From Phoronis australis (lineage: Eukaryota > Animalia > Phoronida): 64,000 bases of DNA. A model generated the notes under the pieces. The model worked only from the letters and a program-made list of their open reading frames with translations. It was not told where the DNA came from and searched no databases. The DNA lies in contig NMRA01000176.1 of assembly GCA_002633005.1 (NCBI GenBank), forward strand, positions 381,740-445,739, written 5' to 3'. Below, one piece after another: positions 38,901 to 53,900 of this stretch (its first letter is position 1; the number at the start of each line of letters is the position of its first letter). Both the position numbers and the translations under genes were made by a program.

Positions 38901-41900
38901 CTTACATTCCCACTTCACAATTATTGTTTGGAAAAAAATGTTTAGCCCAGTAATTATGCGCACATTACAGTCAGCTACAAATAATTTAGGGAACTGAAGT
39001 CATTTTTAGTTACTTTGTAACTAGCAGCTATATGCACAATACAATCTATAAATAATTTAGAGAACTGAAGTCATCTTTAGTTAGTAACTAACAGTTATGT
39101 GCACATTACAGTCTACATTTCAAAAATTTAGAGAACTGAAGTCATCTTTAGTTAGTAACTAGCAGTCATGTGCACATTAGTCTACAAATAATTTAGGGAA
39201 CTGAAGTCATCTTTAGTTAGTAACTAACAGTTATGTGCACATTACAGTCTACATTTCAAAAATTTAGAGAACTGAAGTCATTTTTAGTTAGTAACTAGCA
39301 GTTATGTGCACATTAGTCTACAAATAATTTAGAGAAATGAAGTCATCTTTAGTTAGTAACTAACAGTTATGTGCACATTAGTCTACAAATAATTTAGAGA
39401 ACTGAAGTCATCTTTAGTTTAACTTAGTAACTAGCAGTTATGTGCACATTCTCAGTTACAACACTTCTGCTCAAGCGAGATTTAATTACTTTTCAGAAAT
39501 AGTTGTCTGGTGCCCAAGATCAAAATTTTTACAATAAGTCATTAGTCACCTTTCACAAAACAGACCCCTAGGGTGCATTCCACATGACATTGCCTTACGA
39601 GATTAGAAAAATCATAACGCTATTTTGAGTGTGAAGCGAACTTGGTGGCTTCAGGGAGTCTACACTGAACACTTGGACACACTATTGTCATTGATCTGAA
39701 TAGACCTTTCCAGGTGTGAGCAATAAAACATGGCAATTAGGTCTGATCACTCAGTGGAACTTGTGAATAGACAATCAAATCATCTGATCTAAATGACTAT
39801 CTCAAACAAAACTTGGCCAATTTTTGTGGAGGAAAAGCTCTGTGCTCAAACCTTTATGAGGAATTCAAATGTGGGCTTTGTTTTCGTCCAAAAAAGGGCA
39901 ACCCCAATGAAAAGTAATTGAGCACAAGGACTTCCGGTTTTCTGACCACCCAGAGGTGCCTGCCTGCCAACTCTGAATGGTCCATCATGACAACATAATG
40001 TTATGCAAGCAAATGTAATGGAACATCAAGCTACCATTTTTTGCCAACATGCAGCCGGCCAAAACACCGAAAAAGGATCTAAATACCCGCCATTGAAATT
40101 GATGCGATAGCTGCTTTCAAAAGCTTACAACAGTTGCTGTTAGTTTTCAAACTTAAAGATGATGAAGTGTTTTCTCATAAAAATTTTGAAGTGAAAAATT
40201 CAACTTTATGGAAACAAGCCACAAAGCTCACTATTTCCACTTGAAATACTTCCTAACTCAGTATGTGAGTACCGCTTGGCTAGGCAATACNNNNNNNNNN
40301 NNNNNNNNNNNNNNNNNNNNNNNNNNNNNNNNNNNNNNNNNNNNNNNNNNNNNNNNNNNNNNNNNNNNNNNNNNNNNNNNNNNNNNNNNNNNNNNNNNNN
40401 NNNNNNNNNNNNNNNNNNNNNNNNNNNNNNNNNNNNNNNNNNNNNNNNNNNNNNNNNNNNNNNNNNNNNNNNNNNNNNNNNNNNNNNNNNNNNNNNNNNN
40501 NNNNNNNNNNNNNNNNNNNNNNNNNNNNNNNNNNNNNNNNNNNNNNNNNNNNNNNNNNNNNNNNNNNNNNNNNNNNNNNNNNNNNNNNNNNNNNNNNNNN
40601 NNNNNNNNNNNNNNNNNNNNNNNNNNNNNNNNNNNNNNNNNNNNNNNNNNNNNNNNNNNNNNNNNNNNNNNNNNNNNNNNNNNNNNNNNNNNNNNNNNNN
40701 NNNNNNNNNNNNNNNNNNNNNNNNNNNATGAAAATCCGTTCAGGACTTTTGAAGATACAAAGGTAAGCGTAAAAAACTAAAATTGCCACTAGGGGGCACA
40801 CCGGTAGTCGGATCCGTCCGAAAGTTCGCACATGCCGTCCCATTCATGAATGGAACATATGTGCCAAATTTCATGAACATATGTTAAAGGGTTTTGGAGA
40901 TAGAGCAGCGGACGCCGGACGTCAGACGCCGGATGGACGCCGCCCGCACGGACGGACGGACGGAGATGACAGCATAATGCGCGGACAGAACATTTGAAAA
41001 AAGCGGAAATCCGCATTTCCGCGGAAAATTCCAAGCCTTGAATAGATCAATCAGGAAAGTACAGATGAAACAATTATGAAAATGGAAACAGTACAAGAAA
41101 CAAAATGGAAATATGTCATGTAACAACATGGAATGAGTCAATTTTGTTAGTATGGAAATTTGTCACATAAAAGCGTTGAAATGGGACATGTTGAATAACA
41201 GGAACTGTATACACTTAAGACCCAAACCAAATAACTGTTGATTGGGCATTTCTGTAAGTTGCTCTTTTTTCTACTTCATGGTGACAACATTTTGATTAGA
41301 AAAAATCAGCATTCTTATGCTTTTCCCCCAATCATAGCATCATCAATGTGGAGGGCGAGAACACCCAAGCCGTACTCCACGTACTTTGTAGTTCCATATA
41401 AGGTTGGGTTTGGCATGATCCTTATTGAAGTGATAGTAGAACAGTGCCCAGTTGGCCTCTGACTTAATTCGCTGCCGCCGCTTCCGTAGCACGATTGGCC
41501 GCTCGTCTTTCTGTTTCTTGTCCATGCCAATGCGAGCTCTCCAATGTTGGAGAACATGTTCTATCTGTTTCTCTATAGCTTTCCACTGTGGGTTACCCTT
41601 ATTTCTGTTCAGGTGTGCCTGTGGAGATATCAACATTAAAACATTAAATTCAGATTAGCTTATTAACCAGATGGTATTTGTTACAGTCATAGTAGGTTCC
41701 TCAAATTAGCAATGGGGAACAAATACAGTTTCATGTCGTCACATCTATCTCATCAACAAAAACAGTTTCCCTTGTATCCGTAGTCCCTGTGCACAAATCA
41801 TTGTAAAATACATTAGATTTACGTTTTTAAATAATCTTGCATTGTATTTCATTTCACTGTAAATGTACTTTTTCTGTTGTTAGCTTTGTTGTTCTTCTTA

Positions 41901-44900
41901 ATTGTTATCTATTTAATTTATTATTACTCGATGGTCAGCTATTAGCGGCCTGTGCCTTTGCTGGCCACCCAGTCATATAACAATGTCTGTTTGTACATGA
42001 GTTAAAAAATTAAATTTATTTCTCTCTCATACTGAAATTTCTATTCGATATTGGTACATCTTTGCTACTTCACATACCAATTACGAGCCTACGTTTGAGC
42101 GATGAAATTGTTTTCTCTTTTTGCTAAAGCATTCTGGGACTGTCTGAGTAGCCCGATACATTTAAACCACTGAAAAGCATTCGAGGAAGGCTTTAAACAG
42201 CATGACGGGGAATGGCTGTGAACAATGTAGAGCCAGAATTGTACACATTGAGCTGTATCTCACCTGAGCCAATTTGACGTTGTCTCTCACGTGCATCCTG
42301 TCTATCTCGTGCTCAGGAACCTCGTCTGTAGAGTCCAGGTATGACAACAGGCCTGCCGGCTGAAAAGAACGGGAACAGACTTTACTCAGTACAACTGCAA
42401 ACACAGAAGGCTGCCAGCCAATGACAAAAGACTCGCTCAGTGCCTAATTCCTCATGTCATAGCTGAATTGAATTTTGTTGCTTTGATCATCACCCCTGGC
42501 TTTGAAAAACAGTTTTTCCTCATCGTTTGATGGGCATGTGTACTGACAGTTCACGCTTTAGACCAAATCAACACAAGAAAATAAATTACCAAACAATGGC
42601 ACATTTAGAGCACTATATAAAGTCCACAAGGCAGACCCAACATTACTTTGCTCAGATCACCAGTGGGGAAACCAAAAGTAAACACTACACGATCAAACAT
42701 TACAGTCACAAAATGAAAAGGGGACATGAAACGGAAAATCGACGGGAGTCAGGGCCAGAATTGTAAGTTAGCGGAAGTAGTAATTGTTATTCAAAGAGAT
42801 GAAGGCAAGTGACTGTGTATATCTCAATAAACACGGCGTTGTGTTCTTTATTTCCTGTTGAAAGAGAGCGAGTGTAAGAATTCAGTGATTTGATAAGCTA
42901 ACAACTGACCTGTCTTAGCGCAGAACTAGTCAAGTGACTATTTATTCATTTTTCATCAGTGCAACAGGGTCTTTTTACACAGTCACATATCAAGTTCTAT
43001 CCTAGATTATAGTTTTTATGACATCTCGACATCTCGAAAACTCATGCCTGGTGTCAAGTAAGATATTTTTTTTGTTTAGTTCTCACCTATCAACAAGTAG
43101 CCTGACCCTATGTGAAGGCATTCTGACTATTGTAATGAGCGATCGACTGACGATTCACTCCACCATAATCGCAGATGACGTGTGCATGTACCATAATTTC
43201 ACACGTAATTGACAAACAGTTACTGATAAACAGGCTTGTCAGTTAATTAGCCAGAAAAGGAAATAACAAGCATATTCATGGCCCATATGTAGGGCTTCAA
43301 CATATTTAAAATGCACATCCTTTAAACTGTAATCTGGTTTAACTAATACAGTATAAGACAAAGGTAATCAGAAAAAAAAACATATCATGAAGACTAATTC
43401 AGTCAACAACAACACTACTGGTAATAACTACAAGGGCAGCAAAATTCTAAATAAAGATGGTTAAGCCACCTAACTTTCCCGTTATTTCCTCTTCATTCTT
43501 GGTCATGAGAGAAGACTCCTCTGACGATGAATTCAACTTCCGCCAAGCTGTCATGACGGGGAATTATGGGTCATTTTGTCTGTATACTTTTGGCTTGTAA
43601 TGTACTCCACAATACTCCAAAAATGAGTATCATACAACAAAAAGCTTTAGGGTCCACTTACCAGAGTCCTCTTGAGTAGTCCCATGGCTGTGGGATGTCC
43701 AGTCACCCATAGACCGACTAGATGACGACTTAACTGTCTGCAAACAGGAAGCAAGAACTTGTTAATATTACAATCAATAAATCCATTTATTTGATAGGTT
43801 AACGTTTAGAGGAATTCTAATGCAAACAGGAAATATTTGTATTGTATAAACTGAACATACTCAACTGAAACAGATTCCAAATTGAGGCAGCCTAAATAAA
43901 TTCTTATCTATATCTCAATGACCAAACATTCCATGAACAAGATAATATTTAATGAGTTGTGATATTAATGTTTCCATATTCGTGAAACAATAATAAGAGC
44001 ACCCGCATAAAGCTCAACGGTTTTTCAATTTTTAGAATTAGTTCAGACATCAATTAAGAAACCTGATGTGAAGTTTTGACAAATTCTTTGAACGTGACAC
44101 AAAACACATAATTGTCTGCATATTCTACAGTCTGAGCAAATCGTAACAGAATTGTACAAAAAAACCTGGAATTTGTCAACCGCACGAATCAAAGACGTTT
44201 CACTACCTGTTTGTTAGCATCCTGTTGTCAGAACTGCTAGTGTAGAATGACGCCAGCAGGTGGCGCGGCAGTGCACCCTCGGCAAGGGCCAAGTCCTGCA
44301 TCTTGGCAGCTGTCTCAGCATCACCCTCTTCGATTATTGCCTTCATCACCATCCCAGCCCCTTTCACTATAGCCATGGAGGGGTGCTGCGGAGGAATGAC
44401 ATCATGTAATCAAGGCTAGTAAGACTTATACACTACTTTCCCATTTGAACAACGGAAAAATTAACAATTCGTTCAAAAATGAACAGCTGCAAACTGTATT
44501 CTTGAGGAAGCAGAATTTACATCAACACAAGGTGATTGAATACCAGACCACATCCATGTTATCTTCCCTGAAGTAACGAGCCCCAACTAGAATATTTTCA
44601 CAAGAAATTTATACATCAGTTTAGTTCAGCTGTGTGTCTGCAAAACCTTTTTTAATGAAGCAGTCCTACTCTTTGAGAAGACTGCGCAACCTTGTTTCCA
44701 AAGGCCGCATTATGTTGAAATATTTCTTTCCAACAACGGAGGTTGTGAGACATTTTGACATCCTCATAACAGTGTTCTTGCTCTGTCTAGGAAAAGAGCT
44801 AAACCTAATTCTTCTACCATGAAACCAAGTTGGCACATACACTACATTCATACACAGGCACCGGATATATTCACAGGCACTAGATATATACACAGGCACC

Positions 44901-47900
44901 AGATACATACAGAGGCAATTTGGATTGATCAAAAGATCTTTATACGAATTCATATGAATGGTAAATGATGGATTTCTTTCAAGATTTACCACCAATGCCC
45001 ATAATTTAACGTATAATGATTTCTCATCACTGAACAATGGTCAAAGTAGGTTTTCCATGAATGACGTTATGAACGATGATCAGACTGATATCGGGCAGAT
45101 ATACATTCATAGATCATCAGCCTGATGTGAATTCATATCAGCCAAACCGAAGGAGTAAGCAGCGATTGTTTTTCAATTTTACACAGAAGAAACCATAATA
45201 ACATAAAATCATTCGTGAGGTAGTCATCGTGTTTGTTTACCTGGAAGAGCTTGAATACAACCCTGCCGTCTAGTGCTGTCAACTCCAGGAGTGTGTCAAA
45301 GTGAGAGCCCTCAGTCGTTTCACTGTAGGGGGCGCACAGGGCAAAGGTCAGGAAATCCAACATGGCGGTTATGACTAGAGCACCAGTGCCTCGCAACTGC
45401 AATGGAAAGAGAATAAACAATTTCTGAACTGAAAACTTTAAGGATATATAGACATTGTACATTTTAATATATTGATTAAATCAACTTCAGCACGAGAGTG
45501 ACAAAGGTCAGTACCCGATACAATTCAGACTGCCTTCACAATCGGGATGGATACATTATCTGGCTCATTTACATGACGATGAACCGGAAGCGCGGTGAAA
45601 ACTTCTGTTCACAGGACCAGTGGTGACTTACAACGTGCGTTTTGAACATTTCCAGAAGACTTTGCAGGAAGGCTTTGGAGGAGAGCAGGGATGCTTTGTT
45701 CATCTGCTCCTGACGTAGGTCATAGTTATCATGCATGGGCTGAAATAGATGAGGGGAATCTCATGAGATGTACGCGTGAAGGTTTGCAGCTGATAATTCT
45801 TAATTAAAATATTAATAATAACAATGTTGTTTTAAGCTGTTATAACCAATTCTGACATTTTGAATCCAACTCTATCTGTTTAGTAAAGGTAGAATAATAC
45901 ACTGTATAACTGACCTAGATTTCAAGATATAAGGTCACTAACTTCTGAACTGAGTCTCACCAGTGAAAAACAAATTATCGCGAATCAGTCAGATTTTCAA
46001 TTTTATATTAATATGACAACATCATAGTTCCCTATTGGAACAGTAAAACTTCATGACAAAAGGTGAACCAGTTTTGACGTACAACAGTGGCTACCATGGC
46101 AACAGCAGGACGAGTACCTTACTGATACATAGCATTATGGGTAAATACCCCAGAATTAGGAGAGGGTGCTATTAATATTTCAGCAAGTGGCCGTTCCTTG
46201 AAAGTTGTGTCCCACAGCAAGTTACCTGAAGGCACATTTTAGTATTAAAGAGATGAGCAGCATGCCTTTAGAAATTTGTTGTGAGTGAATTTTTTGTCAA
46301 TGAACAGTTATCTGATTATGACTTTGTACAGCATGCACTAAAATAAAAGTTTCACTGAAGAAAACTAAGGTTGGATACATTGATGCCAGACTTCACCATA
46401 CAATAACAAATTTAGTACCTTAAATCAACACCTGAATAGCCCAGAATACATTGATAAAAAATGTTGCTAGTGGCAGTTCACACACCTGCATGAGGGCACA
46501 CAACATGTCGATGGCGGCATGCGCAACGCCGTCGTCACTCCGCTTGAGAGCTTTCACAACTTTGAGACCGACTTTCTCTCTCATCCTGTAATAAGAGCCA
46601 AAAAAGTCACCAACAGCGGAACGTGTTTGCAGTTAGGTTAATACAGCTACTTGAACATGGAACTCCACCTCTTTAGTACTGAAGATAAAAAAGTCAAACT
46701 GATGTATCATTAATCAATACCAAACAGAATGCTGGAGTAAAGCTAGCTGTCTGAAAATCTTCTAACTCAACAGACTCTGAGATAAATTAGAAAAAGAAGA
46801 ATTCAGCACTGGCACCATTTCCAGATTATGAAATCAATCAATTTTTATTTTTACAATAAACCAAACAATTTCTACTCCAAAAATTCTTTTGCAAACTAAG
46901 TGTTAACATTAATTTACTTTTCAATAAAGTGCGAGGATTTCGTGTAGGAAACTGACGCAATGAGTTGAAAGACAGCAATTTCATAGAAATTCCTTTGGCA
47001 CACTCACTTTGGAAGCTTTGTGAAGGCTGCAAATCCCGCCTTGGAGGCCACGAGCCTGCGTAGAGCATGGAACTGACCCTCTAGGTCCTCATTAGAGATG
47101 ACCGTCTGATCACCCTCCTTTTCCAACAGGGCGGCAAGCGTACCGTTGATCAGCTTCTCTTTGTTCTCCGAGAACAGTCCCTGCAGTGAGGCAGTGTTCA
47201 GTAATGCTCATACTTAGTTAATCAAATTTGGCATCACATATGACACAATGAAGATAGCCCTTGCTGTAGAATTGAACATTTTCAACCTACTCGACCTGCG
47301 GTCGTCTCAAGAATGATTGTTGTACTTCCGATCACGTGAAAAGAGTTCACAATATGTCATACGCATCCCATCGAGGGTATTGGCCAATCTCATAATAACA
47401 GTACTGAGACAATACTATGATCTCCTAGTTGCCAAATCTCGTAATGCAACTACAAGTTCAATCATAAACCATCACTCTGAGGATGACCGCAGCCTGAGTT
47501 GGTAGACAAAGTTCAATCATCAACCATCACTCTGAAGAAGACTGCAGCATGAGCTGATCGACAAAGTTCAATCATAAACCATCAATCACTCTGAGGACGA
47601 CTGCAGTCCGAGTTCGTCGACAAAGTTCAATTTAAGAGAAAGCTCTAATCTCAGATGTGTCATATAAAATTCACTTCGCTAATTATTCATCAATCGAATG
47701 AAATTATTATGTGAAACTACTTAACATGTCAAACAATTCGAAAAAACAAGAATGTAATTTCAGGATTGATTTAAGCTGTACTTCCTTCCTACTCGCTGTA
47801 TAAACGTGAAATCAGGAAATATGTTAATTAAGTCTGTGAAACTGGATTGTTACCTTGTTGCCGTGACAACATCAGTGTCAACACTCCATTGGAAATGAGA

Positions 47901-50900
47901 TATGATTGAACAGTGGCGCACAGCTCAAAAATTTCTGAAGCGTTTTTGACCATTGGAAACAGTCATCAAAATCTATCATAATAAGGAAAATTAAGAGACC
48001 AATTAAGAATTTTGATGAACAAGTGACGTAGGTTTGATTTTGTTATTTTTCAGATTGAGCTACACAGGAGAAAATAAAGTTTCACAAATGCTATCTGGTC
48101 AAGTTTTGCAGCTCAAAGGTAAAGTAGAAGGTACAAGGACAGTCTGTTGACACGATTACCAGAGAGCAAATAAATCAAGCAAAAACGATAAAGTTTATCT
48201 AAAAATCTGAAAAGTAAAAAATACTTCACTACCTCTTGTGTGACTGCATGGAGTAGACCACTATATGACACGTTGCTGTTAAAGCGAGATACAGCTTCAG
48301 AGAAAGTCATGTTCACTGAAATAAATGAATGAATTCAGTAAATATGACAAGTAAGCACTTCTAATTACATAAATTATGATACCATGGCCTAAATGGAGGT
48401 CATTGATAGTTTCAACAGAAAGATTCACCACTTCAAACTTAATTTATTGCAGTTTGAAGACTGTGATTTGGTTTTGACCCAGTAAATGCTGTGAAGGACT
48501 TTCAAATACACTCGAGGAAGCACATCATCTGTAGGCCAAATATAAAATACTCAGCAACACGTGACCAACAGATGAAATTAGGCGAAAATGGCAAATTTGA
48601 AAATCAACCCATGCTCCTGGATGAGCTGTATGCACCTAGTGCAGGTAACTCACCTGGCAGCTGATCTTTTTGTATGAACTTCATGTGTTGACTCTCCACC
48701 TCCTCGTCCACGGGAACGGTGAACGGGCCTAACCTTCGACCCCTCTTGGTGAAGTTCATCTTCACGCAGACGTCTCGGTTGCCCGATGCCCGCACGCCAT
48801 CTAGTACGGAGGCTATTAACGCATCCCTGTGCGGCACAAAATAATTGCAAAATGTCAGTAGAAACATTGCCCACGGGATGCCACTGTCAAATAGCCATCG
48901 TCACACAGATAGGGTGTCAGTGACGCCTAACTAAGTAATATCAACTGTCAGATGACTTTCTCTTTGGAAAATAGCACTGAGGCTATTTTTAAATTAGAAT
49001 GCATAATAGTATAGCAACCACTGGCTAAAGCATGTCTGGACTAAGTGTTGCAGACAGATACTAGCTTTTCCAAACAACTACAGGCAACTGGTGAGTCCCC
49101 ATTTTGCAGTCCATTCATACCTCACACAAATTTCAGAGTTCCTCTTTGTTTTATGAAGCATTGGAGTTATTGAAGCAATCAATTCCATTGTGCCCACAGT
49201 ACGATTATCACAGATCATGATCAGACCTTGAATAAGCCTACATAACATTCTACAAATTCCAAAAGAACTTCGCTGAACTAGTACTAAATTGACATGGCCA
49301 AAAACATGTAATTGTTTCTGTTTCTTTTTTTAAAATAGAGTCAGTGGTGTAGTATTTCACCAAAAAATGCACCCGAGACAACAAGCAAAAATTATTTACT
49401 CATCACTTGGCAAAACATGGTTTGAAGACTTGCTAACCCTTGTTTACATGCCTTATTGCACGTTTTCAAAAAACAAAAAATCTTGGCCATTACTGATACG
49501 AGCAAACTTTTTCAGACAGTGAGCGCACATATCAAAAATAAGTCGGGGTATAAAGACCAGAACCAACTTTGCTTTTTTGGCATAACCAATGATCAATAGA
49601 TCAATTTTCTTCAGTTTTCCATCACGATTTTCATCAAAACTTCCTCAAAATTCACCAAACTTTCTTCATATACTACTGCACACAACCCTGCATCTTGTGG
49701 CTTCGATACCACTCTCACCTGTCTGTAGAAGTGTATGTTCGAATTGCACCCTTGACGTATTCTACGCTGAACATTTGTGGATTTTCCTGGTCACGGACTA
49801 TTGCAAAAATCTGCAAGCAACAAAACAGACCCATCTGTGCTACTCTTATTTTTAAAAGCTAGTTTTCACCACTCTGCATGTGGGGGTACCCTTAATACTG
49901 ACAGCAATTAGCAATGGAAATCTGGTGAGAATAGTTGCATGAATGTAAACACAGATAAGCCAATGCATCAATAACATTGGGTCCCTCTCCATGAAGAGAA
50001 TGTTGGATTTAGACTACTTACTGCTGTGCAGTTTGCTTCAACTCAGTCCTCCCTCAGATGAGAAATTACTTCTCATTATTCAGGATTTGGAATGACCAAT
50101 GACAAAAAAGGAAAAATTGTCCAGGCGATGTACCATTCCACAATTAGGTTTGTGCGATAGAAAATTTTTGGTGCGCCGCAAAATTTAAGTGAAATAAACA
50201 TTTTTGCATGGATAAAATCAAAATAAAAAAGAGACATAAAGAGGAAACTCAAATCACATAAGGGGAAATCAAAACCAAAAAAGAGGAAATCCTCTTGAAA
50301 GGGGACACTTAGGAGGATAATTCCAAGCACTGATTATTCTTCCTTTGGCATTAACTAATAGTTCGCGGTTCATTCAGGCCAAATTGTACAGCCTTGCCTA
50401 ACGCAACAACGAACTATCAGTTCTTTTGAAGCCTTCAAATCACTTCCAATTTGACTCGAGAACAATTTGAGACCAATTTTGTAATGGCAAGAGGTATAAA
50501 TCAAACATTGGTCCTTGTGATGACAATTGGGCTAATAACAGCTTTAAATGTAGATGACAGCCAGACTTCTAGTGACTGACTAGATAAGCTATGAGCAAGG
50601 TAAATATTATACCTGCAACAGCAGCTTAATTAGCACACCTCAATAACATGGACCTGTCAATCAGAAATTAATGAACTCTCAATCGCATGGATATTTAACA
50701 GTCGCAAAAAATGATTTTGTAAATGCTAAACACGACTTACATCACAGAGTGGTTTACATGTGGGTACGTTATATGTGGCGGGGTCTCGCTCCACTAGACA
50801 TGTTTCTGTTAGACATAGTGTTCGACGTACAGGGTCGCTGTGACGGGGACTAATCTTTTGCACAGTGAACTCTGCATACGAGGTCAACGCCTCATCAGTG

Positions 50901-53900
50901 CTGCAAAATAACCCGCAATAATTTTCAGTTAACAACATGCACATGTGTCTATTTAGTGCACATGACAGTAAATTTAACTGCCAATAAGATTTACAGTTCT
51001 CCGAAAAAAATACAGAGAAATATCTTCTGGCTGATAAATAAAAATTTCACAAAAACAATTTCCGATCAAGTCTCTATTAATTCCTGATAGAGCAACAACA
51101 TAATGAAATATGCCGAGTTGACAGATGGCTTTAGAAAATTTGGTGGGCAATGCTCAGTGCCACCTGGAGTTAACATGTGATTTCGCAATATTATTTTTTG
51201 TTAAAAATCTTTGCAAATATCATGCCATCAAATTAGCATCGTTGTGCAGTAGTATGTTCAAATGACTTATATAAATAATGGAACGTCAAGAAAGGACCAT
51301 TGTAGAAACTTGACATCAGGTCGCCTGACTTGTACACCCAAACTTGAAACTGGATTAAGCGGAAATCGCTTTTGTGCACTCGCAATGTTAAAAACTTCTA
51401 CAGCGGATGTTTGCTATTAATTTTCTTCTGATTTCCTTTACAATTTTTGGCACAGGTTTTAAATGCAGGTCAAACTCAAGCATACATCACAAGTACAACA
51501 GCACCCTCACAACAACACCAACACAACAACGCCATCACAACAACGTCCTCATGACAACGCCCTCACAACAACGCCATCACGATAACGCCCTCACGACAAC
51601 ACCATCATGACAACACCCTCACGACAACGCCCTCACGATAAGGACGTCACAACACCATCAAGATTCTTTGACAAACACCAACCTGTACTTTCCTAGCCTG
51701 TTCATTAGAAACTGGTCATGCGTGATGGGCTCCTTTCTCTGTTTCAGTGCTAGTCCAATGTGCGCTCCCGCCGTCTCTGTCACACATTTCACAAACTCCT
51801 CTTTTTGTTGAAGAGCAAATAAATGCTGCACGCGGGAAAAAGATGGTTGAAATACCCAAAATGCAACACACTTTGATTCAATACAACGATGGTAAGAGCA
51901 TTCAATATTACCAACCAAAACAGACACGAGCACAACTTCTTAACGAATTAATGCAACCTAACCCTGCATCTCTTTTTTACTTCATACAACATCATCTTTG
52001 AGTGGGCTTTTTCCACTTTTGATGCAGACAGAATCACGCTGAATTGTACTTATCAGTAATGAAAATGAGGCTTTAAGTTAGTAAACAATACCGTGCATTA
52101 CACACTCAGACATTCTACATTTCGCGATTTGCCACCTCATGGAAGGAACGCTTCAGCAGCAGCATACAACAGAAACACTAATGATTATGTCCTGATTGCT
52201 GTTGCCACTTAGGATATTTAAAGCAGTTGAAGCAACAACCTATCAACACATAAGGAATGCTTACCAATCTATTAAAACCGCCGTGTATAATGCACACTCC
52301 GCCAGGGAAATCTGAAACCTAGAATACAAAAGGCCATCTATTTTCGTAGCTAAGCTTCACTAAGTTAAAGCACATACTGACCACAACATATGTTGTGCAG
52401 CTATCATTCAACAATTTTAGTAAAAACATGCTTGGCAGGGCTACGTTCCATAGATGAAAGAGACTGGCGAAAATGCATCATGCAAATCGACGAGAGATAA
52501 TGTTAATTTACAAGCAAAGCAAGTAGTAACACTAAATTTTCTCGAGAGCGTCTTGGATCTACGGAACGCAGCACAAGTCTAGGGCACCACGATCGAAAAT
52601 AAGATTCTCATAGAGAGGTCACGCAATTTGAAACGCGTTACCACATTCAACGCGAGAGCTATACATCGATTCAGATTTTAAAGGACTATGCAGCCAGACA
52701 CATTCAAGTGTTACACAAATTTTGTGTAGCCTTCCACAAGGAAAACAAATAGGACCAGGGAACTTCACAGATAGTTTTGACTCTCTAGGTGAAGTTACTT
52801 GTTTTGACTATGAACATGTACAAAAGAGGACAAAAGCAAAATACTGATTTCTGCTAAGAACAAGAATTATTGGTAATACCTATTAAGGCAGCAAAATTCT
52901 ATTAACACAATGTTTTAGCCACCCTACTAACTGTCCTATTAATTTCCCTTTATTCTCGGTGGTGAAGGAAGACTACTCCAACAATGAATCCCGCTTCCAC
53001 CCAGCAGTCATGACAAGAAAGTCTGGAGTCATTATGTCTGAATACTTTTGGCTTGTACTGAAGTGTTGTCTTTATAATTAGTAACTGACCGATGGCTTTT
53101 TCCGTTCAGTGAAGTGTAGACGTTTCAAATTTACACATGCTAACACATATTAGTGGACTGTGGTACAAATGTTGAAACTGAAACTTTATGTCATGGAAGC
53201 CAATATGTAATCATCTAGGAATCTAAGACTGAAAGGCCTATCTGCTTTGCCTGCTCTGGACCTTAAGTTGGCCCACGTACGCACCGCTGCCATTCCTTCG
53301 ATATCCTTGTAGTCATAGGAACATATCTTCTTGTTTGTTGATGGATCCACTTGGTCTAGCGTGGCCTGGTTTACCTCCAGAATGACTGAAACCCTGTTGT
53401 CTGACCAGTGCTGCTTGAATGCATTGAACCTCTGTAAGCAACCAATGAAAACGATTACGCAATTGGCAAAATGACGAGTGAGGAAATCTTACCTCTTTGA
53501 CAACAGGAGACTCAAAATTTACCAAGTGATGCAAATGAAGAAAATACCCACTTTTAAACGTTTGAGCCATAGATGCTCAAAATGTAATAAACAGGGCTTG
53601 GAATGACCAGTGACAAAAAACGCGGAAACTTTGAAACTTTTACGGCCCAAATCACGCCCAATAACCAGCCTTAAAATGGTCAATACGAACCTTTCCCCGA
53701 CAAAAATCGGGAGGACTAAAAAAAAAAAAAACGTTACCACCATCAGTAGCATGCGTCTGCGTCCTTTTAGCTCGCCCGTCCACTCCCAACCCACACATTT
53801 TTGGCTGCAGAGCGGTAGTATTTGTCGCCGCGCTTAACAATAACACGAGACGCCATTGAAAATCCCACCACGCTGTCCCAGATGCCCCGGCAATGTTGAC

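Noticed and set aside
38951-39450. Regularly spaced repeats resembling a CRISPR array (also 47453-47631)
   Set aside because: No unique spacers, whole units repeat, eukaryotic intron context, no cas genes.
40208-40843. Long ORFs of 151-190 aa
   Set aside because: Artefacts of translating the N gap.
45060-45130. TGATGA/CTGA motifs suggesting an intronic C/D snoRNA
   Set aside because: Imperfect C box, boxes too close together, no clear terminal stem or recognisable rRNA guide.
51407-51610. Thr/His/Gln-rich ORF
   Set aside because: Translation of the 15-bp minisatellite.
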